DNA from: an uncultured Gemmatimonadaceae bacterium
Lineage (GTDB): Bacteria > Gemmatimonadota > Gemmatimonadetes > Gemmatimonadales > Gemmatimonadaceae
NCBI GenBank assembly: GCA_963716745.1
Contig: OY970320.1
Coordinates: forward strand, 2,496,001-2,560,000
Length of the DNA: 64,000 nt
Direction: 5' to 3'
Part shown: piece after piece, positions 1 through 9,351 of the stretch
How positions within the stretch are numbered: position 1 is the first letter of the stretch
How the letters are laid out: each line of letters starts with the position of its first letter
The notes under the pieces: generated by a model
Database searches by the model: none
The model's input: the letters and a program-made list of their open reading frames with translations, nothing else
Told to the model about the DNA's origin: nothing
Translations under genes and position numbers: made by a program

Positions 1-682
1 CGGCGTCGCCGGCGTGCGCATGGAGCGCACCGCAGCAACCGGCGCCGGGCGCGGGCACCATCGCGTACTCGTTCACCGTGAGTGCGCGCTCCGCCGCCTC
101 GTGCACATGGGCGAACAGACCATCCATGATGCAGCCACGGAGGAGCGCAACTCGACCGCGCGCGCCGGACCCGCTCGCGACGTAGCGCTCGCTTTTCACC
201 GTCGGCGCACTCGCCTCGAGCATCGCCATGGGGAACGAGAATCTCGCGAGCACGCGGGGCACACCGCTCGCGCGCAGAACGCGCGCGAACAACATCACGA
301 CCGCTAGAAGCCAGGGCCTCGCGATCGCCGCGAGCAACAGCCGCTCCATCACTGGCATCCGATGCCCGATGCCCGATGCCCGATGCACCAATGTTTCCCT
401 TGCTGCCTCGAGCGCCGCACCATACGGCACCCCCGACGGGCACGCCGTCTCACACGCGCGACAGCCGAGACAGCGATCGAGGTGCGTGGAGAGCGCCTCG
501 TCGTCGAGCGCGAGCGTCCCGTCGATCGCCGCGCGCATGAGCACGATGCGGCCGCGCGGAGAATCGTTCTCGTCGCCGAGCGCCAGATAGGTGGGACACG
601 CCTGCAGGCAGAAGCCGCAGTGCACGCACTGCATGAGACCCGGCAGCGCACCGGCGAGCGGAGTGCCGGCGACGTTCGTCAT
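1..682 (-). CDS. glcF: Glycolate-oxidase-type Fe-S subunit (GlcF-like), 3' end beyond the window edge
   Basis: Manual translation from ATG at 682: [32 protein letters not shown]...DRCLGCRACETACPSGVPYG...GCCGALH, giving two ferredoxin motifs plus a CCG motif. ATGA overlap with the glcE stop. Confidence 0.85.
   Translation of the reverse strand, partial: MTNVAGTPLAGALPGLMQCVHCGFCLQACPTYLALGDENDSPRGRIVLMRAAIDGTLALDDEALSTHLDRCLGCRACETACPSGVPYGAALEAARETLVHRASGIGHRMPVMERLLLAAIARPWLLAVVMLFARVLRASGVPRVLARFSFPMAMLEASAPTVKSERYVASGSGARGRVALLRGCIMDGLFAHVHEAAERALTVNEYAMVPAPGAGCCGALHAHAGDA
359..386. repeat. Tandem heptamer (CCGATGC)x4 inside glcF
   Basis: Read directly. The glcF frame is preserved (VHRASGIGHRM). 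Confidence 0.85.
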
Positions 683-1809
683 GCGGCGGCGCCGAGGATG
701 CCGGCATTCAGGATCCCCGCCGGGTCGAACGCCTCGCGCGCACGGCGCGAGAGCGGGTCGCTCACCGCGGACGGCACTCCGTTCCACGCCGCCTCGGGGA
801 GCCGCTCCGCGACCACCGTGCATTGCGCGGCGGAGATTCGCTGCAGGAACGCCTGCGCGCGCCGTGCGTCCGCCGCGGGCAGCACAGCGCGCACGATGCC
901 GCGGCCAACGCTGGCGTGCGCGAAAGCGCCGGGCCACTCTGCGGTCGCGTCGCGTGCCGCTCGCCAGAGCGCCCCCACCTGCGACCGCCGCGACGAGAGC
1001 CGCACGACGGCGGCGTCCGCCGGCTCGACGGCGCGCAACGACTCCCACACGCCTGGCGACGGCGAGACGATCGAGCCGATAGCCGCGAGCGCGGCACGCT
1101 GGGCGCGCACGCTCTCGCCGTTGCCGCCCAGGCGCATGAGGAGCGCCGTGTGTGCGGCAGCGCCCAATCGCGCCGCGAGCGCGGGACTCAACAGCTCCAT
1201 GGCCCAGGGCGCGACCGCCGCTGCGCCGATCTTCGCGAGCAGCGTCTCGATCGCCGCCGCACTGTCATCGCGCACCGCGAGCACCACGGTCTCGTCGGCC
1301 TCAGGGATCGCGCGTAGTCGCACGCTCACCTCGGTGATCACGCCGAGCGTTCCCCACGCGCCGGTGAGCAGCCGCGTGAGATCGAAGCCGGCGACGTTCT
1401 TCACCACGCGCCCGCCGGCGCGAATCATCGCGCCATCGCCAGTGACCGCCTCGAGGCCGAGCACCATGTCGCGCGGCGTGCCGAACGCGTGGGCGAGCGG
1501 TCCGGCCGACGCGGTGGCGATCGTCGCGCCAATGGTGCCGTGCGCATCGCCGAACGGGTCGAGCGCGAGGAACTGCCGCTCGGCGCCCGTGACGCGCGCG
1601 ATCTCGGCGAGCGACGTGCCCGCGCGCGCGGTGAGCGTGAGGTCACCGGGCACGTACTCGACGATGCCGGTGAGCGAACCGACGTCGAGCGGCGTCGCGC
1701 CGGACACGGGCCGGCCGGCGCCGATCCACGTTCCAGCGCCGACGATGCGCAGCGGCGAACGGCTCGCATGCGCCGCGCGAACTCGCTCGGCGATCTCAGC
1801 GGTGGTCAC
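679..1809 (-). CDS. glcE: FAD-binding oxidoreductase (GlcE-like)
   Basis: [30 protein letters not shown] and C-terminal [11 protein letters not shown] start overlaps the glcD stop. Confidence 0.85.
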   Translation of the reverse strand: MTTAEIAERVRAAHASRSPLRIVGAGTWIGAGRPVSGATPLDVGSLTGIVEYVPGDLTLTARAGTSLAEIARVTGAERQFLALDPFGDAHGTIGATIATASAGPLAHAFGTPRDMVLGLEAVTGDGAMIRAGGRVVKNVAGFDLTRLLTGAWGTLGVITEVSVRLRAIPEADETVVLAVRDDSAAAIETLLAKIGAAAVAPWAMELLSPALAARLGAAAHTALLMRLGGNGESVRAQRAALAAIGSIVSPSPGVWESLRAVEPADAAVVRLSSRRSQVGALWRAARDATAEWPGAFAHASVGRGIVRAVLPAADARRAQAFLQRISAAQCTVVAERLPEAAWNGVPSAVSDPLSRRAREAFDPAGILNAGILGAAA

Positions 1810-3253
1810 GCGCGCGCCGCCGGCGTCGCCGTCCATTCGCGGCACGAATGCACGGGCACGACTTGCCCGGATTCGCGCGCCGCGCGGGATCGAACACATC
1901 GCGCAGCCGGCACTGCGCCTCGAGCGATGCAGGCGAGAAGATGAGCGCCATGTAGTCGAGCTTGTCGAGCCCGACGCCGTGCTCGCCGGTGATCGTGCCG
2001 CCGGCGTTCACGCATGCCTGCATGATCTCGCGCATCGCCGCCTGCACGCGCGCGCTCGTGGCGGGATCGCGGCCGTCGTACGGCACATTCGGGATGCAGG
2101 TTGCCGTCGCCGGCATGGAACACGTTGCACACGGTGATGCCATGTCGGTCCGCGATCGCGCTGATGCGAGCGCAGCACGTCGGGCAAGCGCGTGCGCGGG
2201 ACCACCGCGTCCTGCACCGCGAGTGCGCTCGCGATGCGGCCCATCGCGCCGAACGCCTTCTTCCGGCCCTGCCACAGTCGCGCGCGCTCGGCGTCGTCGC
2301 TCGCGATGCGCACGCCGCGCGCGCGCGACTCTCGGCAGATCTTTTCCACGGCGCGCACGTCGGCGTCGAGCCCCGCTTCGAGTCCGTCGAGCTCGATGAG
2401 CAGCACCGCCGCCGCGTCGGCGGGGTAGCCCGCGGCGTAGATCGATGCCTCCACCGCGCGGATCGTGGGGCCGTCCATCATCTCGAGCGCCGCGGGCACG
2501 ATGCCGCTCGCGATGATCGCGCTCACGGCGCGCGCGCCGTCGTCGATCGACGTGAAGTCGGCGAGCAGGGTGCGCACCGCCGGCGGGTTCGGCGTGAGGC
2601 GCACGGTGACGTCGATCGCGACGCCGAAGCAGCCTTCGCTCCCGACGAAGGCGCCGAGCAGGTCGTAGCCCGTCGCGCTCGCCGTCGGCGCTGCCGAGCG
2701 TCACGATCTCGCCGCTGGGCAGCAGAACGCGCAGCGCGAGGACGTGATTGAGCGTCACGCCGTACTTGAGGCAGTGCGGGCCGCCGGCGTTCTCGGCCAC
2801 GTTGCCGCCGATCGTGCACGCGCTCTGGCTCGAGGGATCGGGCGCGTAGTGCAGGCCGTGCGACGCCGGCAGCGCGCGTGAGTGCGGCGTTCACCACGCC
2901 CGGCTCGACGACCGCGACGCGGTTCTCGACGTCGATCGAGAGGATGCGCGTGAGCTGTTGAGTCCGACGAGCACCGAATCGCCGTCGGCGAGCGCGCCCG
3001 CGGAGAGTCCGGTGCCCGCGCCGCGCGGCACGAGAGTGCGGCCGGCGGCGGCGAGCGCGCGCACGACAGCGACGAGCTCATCGCGCGTGCGCGGGAACAC
3101 GGCCAGCCGCGGGAGACTGCGGTGCGTGGGCAGCGCGTCGGCCGCATACACCTCGAGTTCCGCAGCGCGCGCGATCACCCCGCGCTCGCCAACGATCGCG
3201 GCGAGCGTGGCGGCGAGCGGGGTCTGATCGGTAAGCGGGGCGGCGGCGGTCAC
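1806..3253 (-). CDS. glcD: FAD-linked oxidase (GlcD-like), with several frameshifts that are likely sequencing indels
   Basis: Pieces across frames: [49 protein letters not shown]. Confidence 0.8.
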
Positions 3254-3271
3254 GTGGGCAATCTATGACAA

Positions 3272-3309
3272 AACGGGCGGGAGACCGAGGTGCCGGTCTC
3301 CCGCCCGTT
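3272..3309 (-). terminator. Intrinsic terminator downstream of the sigma factor gene
   Basis: 16-bp perfect stem AACGGGCGGGAGACCG/CGGTCTCCCGCCCGTT with a 6-nt loop and a short U tract on the minus strand. Confidence 0.7.
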
Positions 3310-3330
3310 CGTCTTGCGCCACCGAGACGA

Positions 3331-4239
3331 TTACGCCGCGGTCCAGAATCCCGCGAGCGCCGAACCGTCGGGCGACTCGCGCAGCTTCTCGAACGCCCGC
3401 TCGCGGATCTGGCGGATGCGCTCGCGCGTCACGCCCATGAGCGCGCCGATCTTCTCGAGCGTCATCGCCTCGGAGCCTTCCTCGAGCCCGTAGTAGAGAT
3501 AGAGGATCTTCCGCTCGCGCGGCGTGAGGTAGCGGCGGAACACGCGGTCGATGAACTCGCGCATCAGCTTGAAGTCGGTCACGTCCTCGATCTCGACGCC
3601 GTCCACGCCCGCGAAGCGCTCGCCCAGCGTGCTGGCTTCGCGGTCGGTGCGATCGATCGGCGCATCGAGCGAGACCTCCGTGGCCGACATCTGCTTGGAG
3701 GAGCGGACCTGCTCGGGCGACTCCTCGATGAGCCGGCCGATCTCGCTGTCGGTGGGATCGCGCTTCAGCACCTGCGCCAGGACCGTCTCGGCGCGCGAGC
3801 GAGCTGGATGAGCTGCGAGTTCTGATTGAGCGGGATGCGCACGGAGCGCGTCTGCTCGGCCAGCGCCTTGAGCACCGCCTGGCGCACCCACCACACGGCG
3901 TACGAGATGAACTTCACGCCCTGGTCGGGATCGAACTTCTGGACCGCCTTGAGGAGTCCTTCGTTCCCGATCGCGACGAGCTCGGTCAGATCGAGCCCGT
4001 GCCCCTGGTACTTCTTCACGTAGGAGATGACGAACCGGAGGTTCGCCGTGACCAGCCGCTCGGCGGCTTTCTCATCGCCCTTCTGTGCCTTGCGAGCCAG
4101 CCGGCGCTCCTCGTGCAGGATCGGTGATCAGCGGGAGCTTCTGAATGTCCTGGAGGTACTGATCGAATGCGGTGGAGGGGGAGGAACGGAAGAACCCTTT
4201 GGACCTGCTTTCGGTAGCACGCTCCATAACACGTCCCAT
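3331..4239 (-). CDS. RNA polymerase sigma-70 family factor (RpoD/RpoS-like, no region 1.1), 2 frameshifts
   Basis: FDQYLQDI, LVTANLRFVISYVKKY, GNEGLLKAVQKFDP..KFISYAVWW, region 4 TLEKIGALMGVTRERIRQI. Start at 4239 or 4227. Confidence 0.88.
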
Positions 4240-4301
4240 CCTGTGTGCGAGTGAGAAGCCGCTCCGCGGCTCGTCGCCAGTTTGGAAGGTCGGGGACGCG
4301 C

Positions 4302-4330
4302 AGGATAAGACGGGCTTTCTAATCGGTCAA
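4302..4330 (-). promoter_or_regulatory. Putative sigma70 promoter TTGACC-17-TATCCT for the sigma gene
   Basis: Near-consensus hexamers with 17-bp spacing in an AT-enriched intergenic region. Confidence 0.6.
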
Positions 4331-4464
4331 GAGTCACATTCTTATTTTCGTATCGGTGTGTGTTCGGTATTTTGGGCAGTTCGTTGCCCGATATGGGGTT
4401 GGGTGGTAAGGAATCTTTCATGATGCGCCCGCCGCGTAACGGTGGGGTTACGCGCGAGGGAACT

Positions 4465-5548
4465 TTATCCGTTCGGGAACAACTCGCGAATGGCGTCGTC
4501 GGACACCGGAATGGTCCACTCTTTTCCATGGCGCGCCATCATCCCGATGCGTTTCGGAAGGGCGAATTCCACAGTGCCGGCGCGGGATTTCTTGTCGATG
4601 TGCAGCATCGACATGATGCGCTCGGCGTCCGGCGTGGCGACTCCATCGAAGCCCGCGATATCGATCGCATCCATGAGTTGAGCGGCGGTGCCGGACTCGG
4701 CGACGCCCAGTTGCTCCGCGAGCGTCGCCTCCTGCAGCATCCCGATCGCGACGGCCTCGCCGTGGAGCAATTCGTAATCGGATCCGCGCCTCGATCGCAT
4801 GGCCGAGCGTGTGGCCGAAGTTGAGCGTCTTGCGCAGCCCGTGCTCGCGTTGGATCCGACGACACCACGGCCGCCTTGATGCGGATGCTCCCGTAGATCA
4901 GGCGGTGCATCGCGTCGCCCGCGGGGTCCTTGAACGCCTCAGGGAGATCCCCGACCGTCTTCGCGAAATAGCCCGCATCCGCTATGGCGCCATGCTTGAT
5001 CGCTTCGGCGGATCCGGAGCGAAGTTCGCGCAGCGGGAGCGTCTCGAGCGTTTCGGGATCCGCGATCACCACGCTCGGATCGTGGAACGCGCCGACGAGA
5101 TTCTTGCCGGCGTGCGTGTCCACGCCGGTCTTCCCGCCGATGCTCGCGTCGATCATCGCGAGCAGCGTGGTGGGTACCTGCACGAACGGGACGCCGCGCA
5201 TGTACGTCGCCGCGACGAACCCCGCGAGATCGCCGGTCATCCCGCCGCCGAGCGCGATGATCGCGCGAGTCGCGGCCGAATCCCGCGGCGAGCAGTTCGT
5301 CGGTGAGCCGCGCCCACTGCTCGCGCGTCTTGTTCGCCTCGCCGGCCGGCACAGTGAACAGGTCCACGCGCGCGTCGCCGAACGACGCGACGACGCGCGC
5401 GGCATAGAGCGGCGCGACGTTGGAATCGGCGACGATCGCCCATGCGGTGCGCTCTCACCGCGGCTCGCGCGATCTTGCCCACCTGGTCGATCAGCTTCCG
5501 CCCGACGTGGATCGTATACCCGCCGAGCGTGATGGTCTCGGGCTTCAC
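4465..5548 (-). CDS. aroB: 3-dehydroquinate synthase (frameshifted)
   Basis: [52 protein letters not shown]. Confidence 0.9.
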
Positions 5549-6096
5549 CACGTGACTTCCGCCGCGCCGGCGCGCCGGTTGGCGACGCGGGCGAGCACGA
5601 AGAGCAGGTCCGAGAGCCGGTTGAGGTAGATGATCACGATCGGCGGCACCATGATGTCCGGGTGCTGCGCCAGCGCGATCACGCGGCGCTCGGCGCGGCG
5701 GCACACGGTGCGCGCGACGTGCAGCGCCGCGCTCTTGGGCGTGCCGCCGGGCAGGATGAACGCCTGCAGCGGCTCGAGTTCGGCCTCGCCCTCGTCGATG
5801 GCGCGCTCGAGCTCGGCGATGCGTTTCTCGTCGAGGCGCGCTTTCTCCATCTGCTGCTTCACTTTGTCGGGCTGCGGCGTCGCGAGCAGCGCGCCCAGCG
5901 AGAACAGGTCGCGCTGGATCGGCGCGAGCACTTCGTCGATGCGCGGCATCATCTCGATGGAACGCGCGAGGCCGAGCATGGCGTTGAGTTCGTCCACGTC
6001 GCCATACGCTTCGACGCGCGGATGGTCCTTGGAGACGCGGCCGCCGCCGAAGAGGCCGGTGTCGCCTTTGTCGCCTGTTTTCGTGTAGATCTTCAT
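5545..6096 (-). CDS. ATP:cob(I)alamin adenosyltransferase (PduO type)
   Basis: [42 protein letters not shown]. Confidence 0.93.
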   Translation of the reverse strand: MKIYTKTGDKGDTGLFGGGRVSKDHPRVEAYGDVDELNAMLGLARSIEMMPRIDEVLAPIQRDLFSLGALLATPQPDKVKQQMEKARLDEKRIAELERAIDEGEAELEPLQAFILPGGTPKSAALHVARTVCRRAERRVIALAQHPDIMVPPIVIIYLNRLSDLLFVLARVANRRAGAAEVTW

Positions 6097-7154
6097 CCGA
6101 GCATCCGGCGCCACGTGCGCGAGAACCAGTTCTCGCGTTCGCCGCCGCGCCGCAGGCCGAAGCGGAAATTCGAGAAGCGCGTCTTCTCGTCGTTTGCGAC
6201 CGACGGCGGCGAATAGCTCGCGGGGAAGATCAGCGCGAGATGCTCCTGCAGTTTGTCCGGCGTCGCGACCACCGACTGCGCCGCGCACCAGTCGTCGAGC
6301 GCGCGTCCCATCTTCGCGGCGGTCGGGCGCTTGGCCGGATCCCTCGCGAGCGCCGAGTTCAAGATCGCCTCGATCGCCTGCGGGATGTTGGGGAGCGTCT
6401 CGCGGATGTCGGGCAACGGCCGCCACGTCACCTCGTCGATCAGCAGCTCGGTGGCGTCCTCGTAGAAGAGCGGCTCGAGGGTGAGCAGTTCATACAGCAC
6501 GACGCCCATGGCGAACACATCGCTGCGGCCGTCCACGTCCAGCGCGAGCAGCTGCTCGGGGCTCATGTAGTGCTTCTTGCCCATCATGAGCATCGGCGAA
6601 CTGTCCATTGGGTCGATGGACGTGCGCGCCTTCGCGATACCGAAGTCGGCGAGTTTGATGTGGCCGTCCCACGTCGCCATCACGTTGTTCGGCGACACGT
6701 CGCGGTGCACGATGTCGAGCCGCTCGCCGTCGGTGTTCACGAAATTGTGGGCGAAGTCGAGCGCGCGGCACACACGGCTCGCGATGTACACGGCCTGCAC
6801 TTCGGGGATCGGCGTGCCGAGTTCGCGGTGCCGCTCGATCACCATGCGCAGCGTCGGGCCCTTGATGAACTCCATCGACATGTAGTACTGCCCATCCACT
6901 TCGCCGAGCTGGTAGATCTGCACGATGTTACCGTGCACGAGGTTGGCGGAGAGACGCGCTTCGTCGATGAACAGCTGGAGCCAGGTCTGCTCCTTCGCGT
7001 AATGCGGATGGATCACCTTGAGCGCGATCTTCTTCGCGAAGCCCGCGGGGCCGAGATGCTCGGCTTCGTAGACGGTGGCCATGCCGCCCTGTGCGATCTT
7101 GCGCACGAGGCGGAACGCGCCCGCGTATTCCAAAACGTTGTCGTCTGAGTGCAT
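6093..7154 (-). CDS. Hanks-type Ser/Thr protein kinase, soluble
   Basis: GGMATVY, IALK, HRDVSPNN, DFG, YMSPEQ, SDVFAMG. No TM segment is evident. Confidence 0.92.
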   Translation of the reverse strand: MHSDDNVLEYAGAFRLVRKIAQGGMATVYEAEHLGPAGFAKKIALKVIHPHYAKEQTWLQLFIDEARLSANLVHGNIVQIYQLGEVDGQYYMSMEFIKGPTLRMVIERHRELGTPIPEVQAVYIASRVCRALDFAHNFVNTDGERLDIVHRDVSPNNVMATWDGHIKLADFGIAKARTSIDPMDSSPMLMMGKKHYMSPEQLLALDVDGRSDVFAMGVVLYELLTLEPLFYEDATELLIDEVTWRPLPDIRETLPNIPQAIEAILNSALARDPAKRPTAAKMGRALDDWCAAQSVVATPDKLQEHLALIFPASYSPPSVANDEKTRFSNFRFGLRRGGERENWFSRTWRRMLG

Positions 7155-7213
7155 TATATGGCAGCGATCCTTTGCCCGGTCACGACCGGGCGTCGAATTC
7201 CTCATCCCACAGC

Positions 7214-8230
7214 ATGGCGCACGAACTCAAGGACATCACCATCATCGGTGCCGGTCCCACCGGACTCTTCGGTGCCTTCTATGCCGGCATGCGCGGTGTG
7301 TCCGCGCGGATCGTCGATGCGCTCCCCGAACTCGGCGGGCAGCTCGTGGCGCTCTATCCCGAGAAGTACATCTTCGATGTCGCCGGCTTTCCGAAGATCC
7401 TGGCCAAGGACTTGGTCCGCAACCTCGCGGAACAGGCCGGCCAGTTCCATCCCGACATCCAATTGAACCAGCGCGTGGTCTCTCTGGAAGAGGACGGGGG
7501 GCACTTCACGCTCGTCACGGAAACAGAGCGGCTCCCGACCCGGGCGATCATCATCGCGGCCGGGATCGGCGCCTTCTCGCCGCGCGCACTGCCGGCGCCG
7601 TCGGCCGCCGAGTGGTACGGGCGGGGCATCCACGACCGCGTGACCGATCCGGGGCGCTTCCGCGGCCAGCGGGTGCTGATCGTGGGCGGCGGCGACTCGG
7701 CGTTCGACTGGGCGCATCATCTGCTCGACGTCGCCGACCATGTGACGCTCGTGCATCGCAGCGATCGGTTCCGCGCGCATGACCACACCGTGCAGCAGGT
7801 GCGGAAGGCCGAGGCGATGGGGCGCACGTCGATCCTGACGTTCCATGAGCTGGTGAGCGTGCACGGCGAGAACGGCCGCGTCACGAGCGTGGTGCTCAGA
7901 GACACGAAGTCCAAGGCTGAGCGCTCGCTCGACGTGGATTCGATACTCCCCATGCTCGGCTTCGTGAGCGACCTCGGCGCGATCACCGAGTGGGGGCTGA
8001 ACCTGGTGAAGGATGAGATCGTGGTGGGCCCGACGATGGATACGGGGCGGCCGGGGATCTATGCGGCAGGCGACGTCGTGTCGTATCCCGGCAAGCTCAA
8101 GCTGATCGCGACGGGATTCGGCGAGGCGAGCACCGCGGTGAACCAGGCCGTGCATTGGATCTATCCCGAGAAGAAGATCAATCCGGGACACAGCTCGAAC
8201 ATGGCTCTCTTTGGACAGAAAGATGATTGA
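7214..8230 (+). CDS. Ferredoxin-NADP reductase (TrxB-like/YumC type)
   Basis: IIGAGPTG, GGQLVALYPEKYIFDVAGFP, GGGDSA, YPGKLKLIATGFGEA. No CxxC. Confidence 0.88.
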   Translation: MAHELKDITIIGAGPTGLFGAFYAGMRGVSARIVDALPELGGQLVALYPEKYIFDVAGFPKILAKDLVRNLAEQAGQFHPDIQLNQRVVSLEEDGGHFTLVTETERLPTRAIIIAAGIGAFSPRALPAPSAAEWYGRGIHDRVTDPGRFRGQRVLIVGGGDSAFDWAHHLLDVADHVTLVHRSDRFRAHDHTVQQVRKAEAMGRTSILTFHELVSVHGENGRVTSVVLRDTKSKAERSLDVDSILPMLGFVSDLGAITEWGLNLVKDEIVVGPTMDTGRPGIYAAGDVVSYPGKLKLIATGFGEASTAVNQAVHWIYPEKKINPGHSSNMALFGQKDD

Positions 8231-8237
8231 GCTGAGG

Positions 8238-8297
8238 GTGCATCGGGCATCGTGCGTCGTGCATCGGCCGAGGCACGACGCACGATGCCCGATGCAC
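8238..8297. repeat. 25-bp perfect inverted repeat built of GCATCGG/GCGTCGT-like heptamers
   Basis: GTGCATCGGGCATCGTGCGTCGTGC ... GCACGACGCACGATGCCCGATGCAC. Confidence 0.85.
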
Positions 8298-8305
8298 GCC
8301 CGCAC

Positions 8306-9214
8306 ATGAGTTTCATCCTCTGCGCGAACACCGATGATGGCACGACGAGGATCGTGCGCGATGCGCTCGGCGGCGCGGGGCACGAGACCGTGGCCGTCAC
8401 CGGCGGCACCTTCGCGCTGAGCGCGATCCAGGAGCGCGAGCCGGAATTGCTCGTGATCGGCGATGCCGGCGGCATCGAGCTGTGCCGCGCAGTGAAGCTC
8501 AATCCGTTCACCGCGCGGATCCCGGTGCTCATGCTCACGGGCGAGGGGGACATCGCGCACAAGGAGGCGGCCTTCGAAGCGGGCGCCGACGATTCGATGA
8601 GCGTGCCCTTCGATCCGCGCGAACTCCGCGTGCGCGTGGTGGCGCTGCTTCGTCTCGTGCGCCGCGAGGGCGACCGGAATCCCACGAGCGGGCTCCCCGG
8701 CGGGAAGGCGATCGAGGAGGAGATCTCGCGGCGCGCCGCGCTGCGCATCCCGTTCGCGCTGTGCTACCTCGATCTCGACCACTTCAAGCCGTTCGCCGAC
8801 ACGTTCGGCTTCACGGCCGCCGACGCGGTCATTCGCGAGCTCGGTCTCGCGATCCGTGCCGCGGTGGAGGCATGCGGCGCGCCCGGTGACTTCGTTGGCC
8901 ACATTGGCGGCGACGATTTCCTCGCGGTGACGGGCGACGCGGCGGCGGAGTCCATCGCCAGAGAATGCGCGGCGCGATTCGTCGAGGTGGCGGCGCGCGC
9001 CGTGGGTGAGGATGCGGTGCGCCGCGGACGGTTTGCCGGTCTCGATCGCGATGGCGTGTCGCGGGAATTCCCGATCGCGCGATTGTCGGCGGCGGTGCTG
9101 CGGGTGGACCCCGCGAAGTGGGTCTCCACCGGACACATCGGGACCCTCGCCGCCGAGGTGAAGCGGCTCGCGAAACAGCGGGGGCCCGGCACTATCCTCG
9201 TGCAGGCGGTGTGA
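8306..9214 (+). CDS. Atypical receiver + GGDEF (GGDDF) domain protein
   Basis: IPVLMLT, AGADD, NPTSGLPG, DLDHFK, GHIGGDDF. Confidence 0.85.
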   Translation: MSFILCANTDDGTTRIVRDALGGAGHETVAVTGGTFALSAIQEREPELLVIGDAGGIELCRAVKLNPFTARIPVLMLTGEGDIAHKEAAFEAGADDSMSVPFDPRELRVRVVALLRLVRREGDRNPTSGLPGGKAIEEEISRRAALRIPFALCYLDLDHFKPFADTFGFTAADAVIRELGLAIRAAVEACGAPGDFVGHIGGDDFLAVTGDAAAESIARECAARFVEVAARAVGEDAVRRGRFAGLDRDGVSREFPIARLSAAVLRVDPAKWVSTGHIGTLAAEVKRLAKQRGPGTILVQAV

Positions 9215-9351
9215 CGCTACTTTAGAGGGCCTCCGGGCGGCGGGGGCCCTTCTTCAACCCGGGACCGAATGGTGGACGCGCGAACCACGCGGACGCAGCA
9301 GCGAGTGTGGCACGACGCGCGGAGCGCCCGCGCGGGACGTGCGCGCGCGTG

